NCBI RefSeq assembly: GCF_024521635.1
Contig: NW_026250408.1
Location: 682,001-746,000 of the forward strand
Length of the DNA: 64,000 bases
Direction of reading: 5' to 3'
Source of the DNA: Tricharina praecox
Taxonomy: Eukaryota
Made by a program: the position numbers and the translations under genes. How positions within the stretch are numbered: position 1 is the first letter of the stretch; each line of letters starts with the position of its first letter. Shown here piece by piece: positions 27,576 through 39,206 of the stretch. Below the pieces are notes generated by a model. It was given only the letters and a program-made list of their open reading frames with translations, was not told the origin of the DNA and did no database searches.

Positions 27576-28469
27576 ATGGTCGAGAAAGCAAACTCCACCA
27601 AAAAGATGGCATCTACCACCAAGCCCAAAAAGTCCACAAAATCGAAACCGACGGAACTACTGCCGCCCAAGAAGTCCGCCGAACAAATCGCCGACAGCGA
27701 TCTCGAGTCCGAGAGTGAGGAAGAGGAGGAGGAAGAGCCGCAGTATGGGAGATTCACCTCTTGGGTTGGGGTTGGGGAGCAACTGCTGATTGCGCGTATA
27801 GAGACAAGACATACAGATACCAACCTCCAGAGGACTTCACCCCGCTGTCGTCAGACGATGCCGCGCGCGACTCGGATCCCTTCTCGGCTGCGAACTTGAA
27901 GGGCAAGCAGCTATGGTTCTTTACCGCGCCCGCCAATGCGCCACTGTCGAAGCTTCCTTCCTTCAGCGCTGCCGATGTCGCTAAGGGAAATGCTGTGTTG
28001 GAGACAAAGGGCGGGAGGGCTTACTATTTGAAGGCCGATGAGGATGTTTTGGAGGCGGGAGCGGGAGTGTCCATCATGGCTCCGGATCACAAGGGCGTTT
28101 ACAGAGCAGGTTTGAGGCAATTGGGACGGTTGCTTGAGTCGGGGTGCTGATTTGCGTCTAGTTGGACAACCTATAACAAAGGCATTCCGTATTGTGGAGA
28201 GCTTACCTCGGCCGCCCAAAATATCGAAAGACGACGTTCCGGAAAGGCAACCCGTTCGCCTGCAGCCTGAGGGTCTACGGATGCGATTCCGACCTTTCGG
28301 GTCTGTGGATGATGTGGATATGGCTGCAGAGGATGCAATGGATGTGGACGGGGCAGGAGAGACCCACGTGGAGGAGGGATCGCCGGAACGGAAAAAGAAG
28401 CGACAAAAGTCTTCTGGGGATGGGGAGAAGAAGAAGAAGAAGAAGAAGAGCAGGAGCAGGGAGGAGTAG
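27576..28469 (+). CDS. RPA34: RNA polymerase I subunit Rpa34-like; 2 introns
   Basis: Motifs YQPPEDF, GKQLWFFTAPANAPL and QPEGLRMRFRPFG, plus a Lys-rich tail typical of A34.5. Confidence 0.8.
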
Positions 28470-28640
28470 CTGCGCAGGAGTCGAATAAAACTGGGTAATG
28501 GGTGTTATATCATGGCTGCATCTGTAGGGTGCCTTGTAGTGATTGAGGTGGACTGTTCTATTACGAGCATATCCCGTGTGCGGTGCCACGAGCATAGAAC
28601 GTCTTCTACAAGATATTTTGGTATCGCCATGAATCGCACA

Positions 28641-29178
28641 TCATCCCTGCGCCGCTTCTGCCGCTTGCTGAAGCTGTTGCTGCACCTGCATGATCTCCAT
28701 CTTCTTCTTGTCCTGCTTGTCGCCGATATCCTTAATCTGGCCTTCGATCCGTTTTCTATCCACGGTGATATCAGCCATGTGGCCACTTGATCCTCGGCGA
28801 CTCCACATATACGCACATCTCCGACTGGATATATTCCAAACGCTTGTCAACGTTCATGACGGCCTCCGCTTTGTCCTGCTTCAGAAGCACCGGGCCAACC
28901 AGCTTGTAGATGTTGGCATCGTCTTCCAGCCCGCTGAACTCCTATAACGACCAGTGCATCAGCAATCTGGATCTCGCACACGTACGGGCGCTCCGTTCGG
29001 TACTTTCTGCACGGACTGGTTTTCCTGCAATTGCGACTCGAGTTTCTGACGCGCCTCAACCACGGTACTCAGGTCTACAGTAGAGTCAGCACTGATGAAG
29101 CATCGGAGCAAGAGACCGACCTTTCTGGAGCGCTTGAAATTCATCGGAAAGGCTCTGCAAGAGCTGGCTGTCGGCCAT
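28641..29178 (-). CDS. YKE2: Prefoldin subunit 6 (beta type); 3 introns
   Basis: Spliced product MADSQLLQSLSDEFQALQK-DLSTVVEARQKLESQLQENQSVQK-EF..DDANIYKLVGPVLLKQDKAEAVMNVDKRLEYI. Confidence 0.9.
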
Positions 29179-29618
29179 TTTTCGAATTTCGGTGGTCGTG
29201 GGTGTATGGTGGGGCAGACGTGGGGTTGGTTGGATCTTACTCAAAGATGCCAAGCGACATGATGCGTATCGATTGCTTTGGCTGCTGCACCTACCATTTC
29301 AGTCTAACGTATCAGGTGAACAACCTCCCCACCACAAGCACCTTGCCTTTGATCAACCTTCCCACCGGCCGAACTACAACCTTACACAGATCTCGCGACA
29401 CAGACACTGCAACCGTACCCACGTACCTTCTGCACATTTGGGGTACGTACCATGTGTGGACTATCTAGAGTATATATGCTATCCCTACGGAGACTCGCTG
29501 ACATGACGCTTCAACTGCCAGGTTTCCCATTTGGTCGTGCTCGGCACCCCGCCTTACACCTTCCTAGCACCCAGTGCTTCCACGAATCTCCATACCTCGT
29601 CCCCAACAACACGACGCG

Positions 29619-31046
29619 ATGTCGGATCCTGATTTCCTCGGCGTACGAACCCTCCGCGATCTTCGTATTTGCCACAGTCACACGGAAAGCTGACGTTCCC
29701 CTCAGAGAGCGATCAAAATCGTCAAGAAGGCGATTGAAGAGGACAATGCCGGCAACTACGATGCGGCCTACCAGCAGTACCACGCGTCGCTCGAGCTGTT
29801 CATGCTGGCATTGAAATGGGAGAAGAGTGCCCAGTCCAAAAGTACCATCCGCGCAAAGCTCAACCAGTACATGGAGCGCGCGGAAACGCTCAAGGAACAT
29901 CTCAACAACGATCAGAACAAGAAGAAGCCGAGCAAGATGGGTGCGAATGGCTCCAGTACGGGTGGTGCGGGGGCGAAGGCGAAGGGCGACGACGGTGATG
30001 ACGGACTAGACGCCGAGTCTAAGAAACTGCGTGGTGCCCTTTCGGGTGCCATTCTAACTGAGACACCGAATGTCCGCTGGGAAGATGTTGCGGGTCTAGA
30101 TGCTGCGAAGGAGGCGTTGAAGGAAGCCGTTATTCTACCCATCAAATTTCCGCAGCTTTTTGCAACCGGAAACCGGAAACCGTGGCGCGGTATCTTGCTT
30201 TACGGTCCTCCGGGTACCGGTAAATCCTACCTTGCGAAGGCGGTGGCCACCGAGGCGAACTCCACTTTCTTCTCGGTCAGCAGTAGTGACTTGGTCTCGA
30301 AGTGGATGGGTGAGAGTGAGAGGCTTGTGAAGCAGCTCTTTGCTATGGCGAGGGAGAACAAGCCTGCTATCATCTTCATCGATGAGGTGGATGCTTTGTG
30401 TGGAACTCGAGGAGACGGAGAGAGCGAGGCGAGCAGACGTATCAAGACCGAGATGTTGGTGCAGATGGACGGTGTTGGGCACGACAGTTCCGGCGTGTTG
30501 GTCTTGGGTGCAACCAATATTCCATGGCAGTTGGACTCTGCCATCCGACGACGGTACGTTCCTGTCTGCAAGCCTACTGGGGGCTCCGGCTAACGGGAGA
30601 CCAGATTTCAGAGAAGAATCCACATTGCCATCCCCGACATGCGAAGTCGCGTCCGAATGTTCGAGCTCGCCGTGGGTAAGACACCGTGCGAACTTGTACC
30701 ACAGGACTTCCGAACGCTCGCCGAGATGTCAGAAGGCTTCACGGGTAGCGACATCAGCATCGTCGCCCAAGACGCACTGATGCAGCCCGTCCGAAAGATC
30801 CAAAGCGCGACGCACTACAAGCAAGTTCTGATGCCGGACGGATCAACGAAGCTCACTCCGTGCTCCCCGGGAGACCCGGGGGCCATGGAGATGACATGGG
30901 AGCAGGTGGACGGAGAGAGACTTCTCGAGCCATCGTTGACGCTGAAGGATTTCATCAAGGCGGTCAAGAACTCGAGGCCAACTGTCAGTAGGGAAGATAT
31001 TTCGAAGAGCGAGGAATGGACTCGGGATTTTGGAAGCGAAGGCTAA
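29619..31046 (+). CDS. VPS4: ESCRT AAA-ATPase Vps4; introns about 29643-29705 and 30554-30605
   Basis: MIT domain ([19 protein letters not shown]), Walker [19 protein letters not shown], Walker B IIFIDEVD, and C-terminal SRPTVS..DFGSEG. Confidence 0.97.
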
Positions 31047-31504
31047 GACATCTTGGTGTTCATATCGGTTTGAAAAGAACTGGTATTGGTAAATGGCAGT
31101 GTATACGAGCGATGAAGGGAAAAGGATGGGAAGGGTGGTGTTTTTGTCAATTATCTAATTGCTTTCTTGCTTTTCGAGCGTTTTTTTCTCGGTGTTTGAT
31201 ACATTAGGAACCACGGAGATATCACAGAACAGCACAGTGTTACTTCAAGAATCATGTCTTATAGTAAATGGGCGTCATGGCAATTCTCCGAGGAACCCCA
31301 AGTGGGGGTCCATTTCGTGATGACAGTTATGTGGGGGTTCACTGCAGACAGTCAGACAAAATCCGTTACAAATAAACGCCCGAACATGAGTGACGACTAA
31401 TGATGGACCACGCCGTGGCGGAGAGCCGTGTTCCATGGTTAGACACGAAAAGCAAGAAGAAACTAGAAGAGATCGCCCGGTCGAGAAGTCCATATTACCT
31501 ACAC

Positions 31505-31512
31505 AGAGTCAT
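31505..31512 (-). promoter_or_regulatory. Candidate Gcn4/CPC-1 site (ATGACTCT) about 245 bp upstream of the SHMT start
   Basis: Near-consensus TGACTC core upstream of an amino-acid metabolism gene. Motif match only. Confidence 0.4.
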
Positions 31513-31752
31513 CCTCGCGGATTTCGTAGGATCAAATCCCGCAATGTTGTAGTGTAACATGGCCGAGAAATCGATTGGCGAAAAAATTGTGATTTTAGCG
31601 TTAATCCCCCCACCAAAAGCAAAGGAGTACAAAACTCTGCCCCGCCGCCCCACATCACAGCTCCTTTCTCCTCCTCTTCTCTCTCCTCTATCAAACAATC
31701 CCACCCTCTCGTTGCTTGAACTCAATCTTCTGCAACATTCACATTTCACAAA

Positions 31753-33568
31753 ATGACTTACGCACTCCCCCAGTCCCACAAGGATGTTAGTCCGCCTCTT
31801 CACAACCATTGATTTCTTCTGCGTCTATTGAAGGCCAATTGACTCATGACATTTTCATGGCATTAGATGCTCGAGAAGTCTCTCCAGGAGACTGACCCTG
31901 AGGTCTACGAGCTCGTGGTATGTTCATAATCCCCATTGACCCTGCATTCTCAAGTCTTGACACTGACGTAACCCTCGCTTCCAGCAACGCGAAATCCAGC
32001 GTCAGCGTGAGAACATTCCTCTGATCGCTTCCGAGAACATCACTTCGCGCTCCGTCTACGATGCCCTTGGATCAGTTATGTCCAACAAGTACTCCGAGGG
32101 ATACCCTGGAGCCCGTTACTACGGTGGCAATGAGCACATCGACTCCGTCGAGATCCTTTGCCAGGAGCGTGCTCTCGCCGCTTTCGGCGTCACCAGTGAC
32201 AAGTGGGGTGTCAACGTCCAGTGCCTGTCCGGTTCCCCTGCGAACTTGCAGGTTTACCAGGCTATCATGCGCCCTCACGAGCGTCTGATGGGCCTCGACC
32301 TGCCCCACGGTGGTCATTTGTCCCACGGATATCAGACTCCTCAGAAGAAGTCAGTTATCCGCATCTCCTTTCTGCTTTTTGAAACTCATTCTGACTGTTC
32401 CCAGGATTTCTGCTGTGTCCACCTACTTTGAGACCATGCCCTACCGTGTCAACGAGGAGACCGGCATCATCGATTACGACATGCTGGCCAAGAACGCCGT
32501 CCTCTACCGTCCCAAGGTTCTCGTTGCCGGAACTTCCGCCTATTGCCGTGAGATCGACTACAAGCGCATGCGCGAAATCGCCGACTCCGTCGGTGCCTAC
32601 CTGATGGTTGACATGGCCCACATCTCCGGTCTCGTTGCCGCTGCTGTCATCAAGAGCCCCTTCGAGTATGCCGATATCGTCACCACTACCACCCACAAGT
32701 CGCTCCGTGGTCCCCGTGGTGCCATGATCTTCTTCCGTCGTGGTGTCCGCAAGGTCGATGCCAAGGGCAACAAGACCTTGTACGATCTTGAGAACCCCAT
32801 CAACTTCAGGTTTGCAACTCCGGTCATCTCTTCTTTCCATGCCTCGTTCCTGCCCCAAGATTCATATGATGAAAAACTTTCGGATGTAAATCATTGTCTA
32901 CCGATGGCGCAAAACCGTGTGGATATTTTCCGTTGCCTTCCTTCTGACCTATGAATCTTTCTCTCCAATTCTCATCACCGATTTTTGGAATCAAGTTTAT
33001 TGACTCGCCCACTAGTGTCTTCCCCGGTCACCAGGGAGGTCCCCACAACCACACCATCACTGCTCTGTCTGTTGCCCTGAAGCAGACCATGACCCCGGAG
33101 TTCAAGACCTACCAGCAGCAAGTGGTGAAGAACGCGAAGGCCCTGGAAGTCGAGTTCAAGCGTTTGGGTTACAACCTCGTCTCTGACGGAACCGATTCGC
33201 ACATGGTTCTCCTCAACCTGCGCGAGAAGGCCCTCGATGGCGCCCGTGTCGAGGCCGTCCTCGAGGCTGTCAACATCTCTTGCAACAAGAACGCCATCCC
33301 CGGCGACAAGTCTGCGCTCACCCCTTGCGGAATCCGTATCGGTACCCCCGCTGCCACCACCCGTGGTTTCTCGGAGCAGGACTTCGTCCGCGTCGCTGGC
33401 TACATTGATCAGTGCATCGCCCTGGCCAAGAAGATCCAGAGCGAGCTGCCTAAGGAGAATAACAAGCTCAAGGACTTCAAGACCAAGGTCTTTGCCGGTG
33501 TTCCCGAACTTCAGGAGCTCAAGAAGGAGATCTGTGCCTGGGCTTCCACTTTCCCCCTGCCCATCTAA
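31753..33568 (+). CDS. SHM2: Cytosolic serine hydroxymethyltransferase; introns 31786-31866, 31918-31984, 32350-32405, 32810-33015
   Basis: Motifs [33 protein letters not shown], the PLP-lysine motif [13 protein letters not shown], and [12 protein letters not shown]. No mitochondrial presequence. Confidence 0.97.
32862..32951 (+). ncRNA. snR52: Intronic box C/D snoRNA, snR52-like (predicted guide for the equivalent of yeast 18S Am420)
   Basis: C box ATGATGA at 32866-32872 and D box CTGA at 32944-32947. Flanking 10-bp inverted repeat AAGATTCATA/TATGAATCTT (32857-32866 / 32950-32959). The guide GTTGCCTTCCTT (32932-32943) is antisense to the conserved 18S sequence AAGGAAGGCAGC with one G:U pair. 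Confidence 0.9.
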
Positions 33569-34237
33569 ATCTTCATTTCTACTTAATCTCTTGATTTTTT
33601 TGTATGCCTAGCCTTTCCTTTTTCCTTTTTCTGGGTCATGTGGTGCGAAAAGTGCTTCAACTCACAGTGTTTTACTCGGGTCATGGGACATGATTCGATG
33701 GTGTTTTTGGGATGGCTTGTTTTTTTCCGCGACGGATGGTGGGATGGGTTTTGCGGAGGGACGTATACTATATGTAAGATATATGCTCATAGTCTCAACG
33801 CTGATGAGGATATGAATCGAATCAACGATTGCCCTTCATTCTGTTATTGATTCACTTGTCGTGACTGCTATGAGTGATTGAACTTCCGCTACTTACAACA
33901 ACGATGTGTTGTTGATGGTTTAAACAGCAGGATATGCCTCGTCCTAGATTCTTTCTTCTCCAAGCATTGCCTTTCGTCGAGTCCGGACGCAGCCCAATTG
34001 AGCGTAACAGTACAGCGACCAACCAGGTATTCCCTCCAGAGCTCGAAATCCTCAAGAAGCCAGCCATGAGGTGTACTGTGGTATCTGTCCAGAATCGTAC
34101 AGACAAACCGCCCAATGCCATTCTCCATTCTCCATTCTCCATTCTCCATTCTGTTACTGTAAACCAACCACAACCAAAACTTGACCGAACCGACCGAACC
34201 CAGGTGATATACAACAGTACAATACTTGTAGTAGACG

Positions 34238-34340
34238 AAAAGGAAACGGAAACGGAAAAGGAAAAGGAAAAGGAAAAGGAAAAGGAAAAGGAAAAGGACC
34301 AAGGAAACGGAAAAGGAAAGGAAAAGGAAAAGGAAACGGG
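34238..34340. repeat. (GGAAAA)n microsatellite
   Basis: Read directly from the sequence. Confidence 0.9.
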
Positions 34341-34728
34341 GAAAAAAGACTTTTGGATGTGATATACAACTGTGTTGAACGCAAAGTAAACACACAAAAA
34401 ACAACAGGACAAGACCAAAGACAAAAAAGATAAAACAAAAAGACAAAACCCCTCCCGAATTGCAATTGCAAGAATCAAGCATATGAAAACCCCAAGTACC
34501 ATACTACTAGTAACTAGCGTAGCCCATTTGTCACGAAACGAAAAGAAAAGAAAACGAGTTGAACGCCCCCTTGAAGTAAAGAACAGAAAAAAGAAAAAAG
34601 CAAAGAGAAAGAGAAAGAAAGAAAACAAAAAAAATCACTTTTAAAAACCCCAACCCCAGCCCGAAACCCCATTTATCCCAAGAATTCAAATTCATTTACT
34701 GCTTTTTTTTCCCCTCTCTCTCCTCTCC

Positions 34729-35979
34729 TTAGAAGAGTGCAACTTCGCGCCCAAAGATGCCATCGTAGTACGCCGCCAGGCCATCCGAGACCCGCCCGGG
34801 GAGGACACGCTCCAGACCGACCCAGAGCTCGTGAAGCCAATAGACGTACACGCCTTCGCCGCGGCCGCCCATCGATCCCAGTCCCAGTATGTCCTGGCAG
34901 CCCCAGGCACGGCTTCCGCGTCCATGTCCACGCGTTTTTCCCAAGCCCACCGCAGCGAGACAACCACGGACACACGCGTCGACGTCTTGGACCAGCATTG
35001 AGTTCTTGCCGCGCCACGAGGCGGTACGGGTGTGGCCGATCAGCAGGTTGAGAATTTCGATACCGGCGGGCGCGTCCATTACGATGCCGCGGGAGAGACT
35101 AGTGAGGTACGACTTGGTGGCCGAGTGGACCGAGGAGTGGGCCGTCGCGTGGAGACCGGCGATGCATGAGATGTTCATGATGCAGCGGAGCTCCCACTGA
35201 ACACCGCCCTTGGCACCACCACCACCGAGAAGGGGTGAGTTTTCTTCTGCCGCCCTGGGGCTCATGGCATACGCGCTCGTGTCACTACCACGGCGGCGGA
35301 CGGGGGACGACAGGAGGTAATGTGTGAGCAAAGTGGGAAACGCAATGTTGGTGAGCAGTGCGGCATTGATCTCGTCCGAGGTTAGAGCACAGAAGGGGAC
35401 GGCGCTGTGTAGGGTGCCGACATTGTTGACCAGCAAGGTGATGGGCCCAAGCAAGTTAACGAGGTTGTGCGCGAAGAGGTCAGGGAACGAGGTCGAGTGC
35501 GTTGTGTCCTGCACCGTCACACGGGTGTCGATGGTGGGGTGAGCAGCGCGTAGTATATCGGCCAGGGCGTCAAGCTTGGTGGGGTTACGTCCGTGCAGGA
35601 TCAAATTCCACTGCGAGAGGAATATTAGTTTAGCTGAGAGGTCTAAAGGTGGGGGGGTAGGTAGGAGATAGGTGGGGTGAGGGTGGAGTGACAGAACAGA
35701 GGGGGGGGGGGGGGGGTTGCTGGAGTAGCTTACACCGCGGTTGGCAAGCTCTTCGGCCAATGCCTTTCCCACACCATCGGAGGCGCCAGTAATGAGAGCA
35801 TAGGCTTGAGGAAGATGATATTCGGTCTCAAGCACGGGAGAGTGCAGGAGCCAGCGGTAGATGAACCTCGGGAGCTCGAGGAGGGAAGCCACGAGCTGGA
35901 AGGTGACATAGACGACCAAGTAGGGGACGGCAACGACCCAGAGGATGCAGCAACCGATGAACGAAAGGATCGAACGCAT
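34729..35979 (-). CDS. Membrane-anchored short-chain dehydrogenase/reductase (17-beta-HSD / 3-ketoacyl-CoA reductase-like); intron 35611-35733
   Basis: Hydrophobic N-terminus, ALITGASDGVGKALAEELA, WNLILHGRN and LLVNNVG. The active-site motif reads HSATK instead of YxxxK. Confidence 0.85.
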   Translation of the reverse strand: MRSILSFIGCCILWVVAVPYLVVYVTFQLVASLLELPRFIYRWLLHSPVLETEYHLPQAYALITGASDGVGKALAEELANRGVSYSSNPPPPPSVLSLHPHPTYLLPTPPPLDLSAKLIFLSQWNLILHGRNPTKLDALADILRAAHPTIDTRVTVQDTTHSTSFPDLFAHNLVNLLGPITLLVNNVGTLHSAVPFCALTSDEINAALLTNIAFPTLLTHYLLSSPVRRRGSDTSAYAMSPRAAEENSPLLGGGGAKGGVQWELRCIMNISCIAGLHATAHSSVHSATKSYLTSLSRGIVMDAPAGIEILNLLIGHTRTASWRGKNSMLVQDVDACVRGCLAAVGLGKTRGHGRGSRAWGCQDILGLGSMGGRGEGVYVYWLHELWVGLERVLPGRVSDGLAAYYDGIFGREVALF

Positions 35980-36660
35980 CCTGAGGTAAGGTTGTCTTGA
36001 AGCAAGAGCGGTAGACGGCGAGATAGGTAGCTATCTATAGCTCTACGGTTGTTCGGTTGTTCGAGTCAGCTGGCAGTGTTTCGTCGTTGTCGAGTCGAGT
36101 CTCGCGGATGGGTCCCGAGAGCAGCGGTGGGTAGACGTTGCAAAGGAGTGGTATGATGGTAGTGGTAGTGGCGGTGGTTGTTGTGGGTTTTTTGTGGTTG
36201 AAGGAGTGTGCGAGTCGTAGGGGAGCTACTCTCTACAATAAGAAGAAACAGCGACAAGGCCGAGACATTTGATCCTCCTGTAAGGAAGGGAGGAGTGAAG
36301 GAGTGGACGACTGGTTGAACGGAGGGAGCTAGCGAGCGTGAGGCGAGAGTAGTAGTAGCGGACGCAGGCGGGTTCGTTGGACGGGTGGAGACGGGGGTGA
36401 CGGGGTAAGTAGGTGGGAAGGAGGACGACCTGGCCGGGAGGGTGTGCGGGAATCAATTTAGGTAGGGCGACGGACCGGTCGAGAATGTTTCGACGACTTG
36501 ACTGGCTGTTGGCATGGTAAAACAGCTGCTTAGCTGCTAGGAAGGAACAAGCATATATGCAAGCGGTATGTGGAGTAAGAGTGAGGTAGGGGCCAGGGAG
36601 AGGGGGAGGGGGGGAGTTTTTTTTCTTTCGGTTTCGGTTCCACAAGGGTTGGCTGGACAG

Positions 36661-36876
36661 AAGAATTTTATAGAGGCAGGACGGCCAAAGATGAGGTGGC
36701 CGAGATGTGTTTGCTCGGGCTCCGCTGAGCGGAAGAGCTTCATGGAGGCAGGGCGGCCACGGACAAAGTGGCCGAGATGTATTCGATTAAATTCGACCGG
36801 ACGGAAAAGATTCATGGAGGCCGGACGGCCAAACACGAAGGGGCCGAGATATGTTCGATCGGACACGGGCTCAGGA
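36661..36876. repeat. Three diverged tandem 72-bp units
   Basis: The core GAGGCMGGRCGGCCA recurs at 36673, 36745 and 36817. Confidence 0.85.
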
Positions 36877-37292
36877 CGGTGGTTACTGCTAACGGCCGCG
36901 GGGTATGTAGTTGGATACTCACCACGCACCCAAGTGGGTAGGTATACGCAGGTACTGGCAACAGTTTCTGAGAAGCAGGTACGCATCTGCAGATTCTGCA
37001 CGTACTCTCGGTGGACGAGGGTGACGCTGGCGATGATGGCGAATCCCTCGAAGCTGAAGAATGCTTCGTGTCCATCACTTCTTCATGCGGGTGCTCGGAG
37101 CTGGGATCTCGGAGCTTGGAGCTTGGAGCTGTTGCTTTAGTAGGCATAAGCAAGGACTTAGTTATCGTGCATCATGGAGCTCTGGTTATGCAGGTTCTTT
37201 TTGCCGTGTGAAGGTATTTATGTACTCTACCTACATACTCCAACAGAAAAGCCCGACGAGCGTCACGAACCCACGGACGAGGCCCCTTCGCT

Positions 37293-37608
37293 ACGAAGCG
37301 GATACTTGGGACCGGGCCCGGCTCGATCCGTGTCGGCAGACTCAATGGCGGACGACGATGGTTCGATATCTGCCCCTCTCCGCATCCCCACGCTTCACTT
37401 TCCCGTCTTTCGCCCTTTTCCCCCTGCTTTACTCCGACGTCACCACGAAGCGGACACTTGAGATCGGACTCAGCTCAATCCGTGTCGGTGGACGCAATGG
37501 CGGACGACGGTGATTCGATATCTGCCCTCTTCTCCGCGTCACCACGCTTCACTTTCACGTCTTCCGCTTTTTTTTTCTTCCCCTAGTTCACTCCGACTTC
37601 CGCCACGA
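37293..37608. repeat. Diverged tandem duplication, unit about 152-165 bp
   Basis: ACGAAGCGGAYACTTG..CAATGGCGGACGACG..TTCGATATCTGCCC..CCACGCTTCACTTTC occurs in copies starting at 37293 and 37445. Confidence 0.85.
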
Positions 37609-39206
37609 TCGCCTCTTGACTGTATGCGGCTTAGCTCCCGTGCGTCCCAATAATCCCCGCCGTCCTTGGGACTTCATCTATCTCATATCGTGCATGGTAA
37701 GGAAGTCCCAGTATAACATGGCCTTCGTTCTGATCCACATTTCTCTTCTAGAAGAACTTTTCTTCCGCAGCACTCCACGGATCGCCCGTGTTCCCGCTGC
37801 CGTGGACAGCTCCCGGCCATGTTTCGGCCCACGATGCCTGGCGGGCTGAGGGGAAAGAACCGCACTTTTGCGCAACGGGATGTTTGAGGAGCGATTGCGT
37901 CCGGTCCCAGGTATGTAGGTATGGTATGGTAGCATTGTGGCATTCGGAGGCGGTGCGGCATCGAAAATTGGAATGCTGCAGGCACTCTGCGTCGGATAGA
38001 TGTAATTCTCTGCTGTGCTCGGGGTCTTCGAGGCGTGCTGGCGCAATCTTGTCAACGAGGATGCTCCTGATGAGCTGTTAAAGCTGGTGCACGCTTGTGA
38101 TGTGGATCTCTGCGGATTCGTGGCACCGGCGGGCATCATGATCGGTGGTTGAGGATTGTGCGGCCAATGGCTTCACGGTCGATAGTGTTGATGGTGATCA
38201 CGATAAAGACCGGCAGCACAGAATCACTTCCGTGACGATAAATCTATCTAGGAATGCTGTGTCCAGAAGCACCGAAATCCCACATCTGCAAAACGACAGA
38301 TCTGTATACATAGCATCTACGCCTGGCCATCCATAAGAATCCGAGCCGCAATCGCCCAATTTCTACCGCCCTCCTCCCCGTGGCCATAGCTGACTCTCAC
38401 TTCCCGTTGTTACTCGTATGTACTGTACGGTACATACCAGCATCGGATCCCCCTCCATGTGCAACCTCTGCGACCTCTGCAACCTCCGCCATTAGGGCTC
38501 AGGGTCTAGGTCAATCTCTTGAGTAGAGGAAACTCATGATGCGATTCGTCTCCACTTTGCACATGCCACCTTCCTCTCGCTTCCACACACACCACCCTCG
38601 CAAGATGAGTCGGCCTACTCGCTATGCGGCTAGCCCCCGTCCAGTCATCCACCGTTCCATCTCACCGTGGTGGTGAACCCTGCGCAGCAGTAGTCACTAG
38701 TACGAGCTCTACTCTAGTTGCTGGCGGATTCATCATACTTGGCTTTTCTTCAAGGACCGAGATGTGTAGTTATGTAACTAAAACCCTTACAGAGTGTTGG
38801 GTGTTGGGTGTTGGGTGTTGGGTGTTGGTTGCGTGGCCTTACTTTAATTTACCGTAACTGCGAGTCCTTTGTATGTAAAATCGAGTGGCCATCCACCACC
38901 ACCTCCTCCACCGGGTATCCCGCCGTGTGGACAGTTTCCCCCCATCAGTCATCCTGTGGTTAACGCAAGGCTCATCTGCTACCTACCGTACCGGTACCCA
39001 CGAGTACCTACCATAAGCTCGAGCCCACTTGCCACAACTACTCGTACGTGAGTGCGGAGCCCGTTGTTTACTTTCCGACACCTGTCACCTCAATCCCAAC
39101 TGCCAAACCCAACAGACCCTTTTTACACACATACCCTCATATCTACAAAGCCGAAGCTCATCCATCCGACCATAGTCCCAGATAGCTAGACGTCATCGTC
39201 CAAGCA

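Noticed and set aside
29237..29260. Upstream ATG before prefoldin 6 (7-codon uORF, or an alternative first exon via GTAAGA)
   Set aside because: No convincing branch point, and it is unknown whether it lies in the transcript. ATG 29178 already gives a complete protein.
31840..31846. Perfect TGACTCA (Gcn4/CPC-1) site in SHMT intron 1
   Set aside because: It overlaps the likely branch point (TTGAC) about 20 nt before the acceptor, which explains it without a regulatory role.
33852..34628. 258-aa hydrophobic ORF, and similar ones at 1210-1881 and 17817-18386
   Set aside because: They are translations of A-rich microsatellites.
36661..37608. Repeats as a CRISPR-like array
   Set aside because: The context is eukaryotic, the units are whole diverged tandem copies without unique spacers, and there are no cas genes.
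38067..38095. CTGATGA followed by a short stem, resembling a hammerhead ribozyme core
   Set aside because: There is no GAAA core after the stem and no stems I or III.
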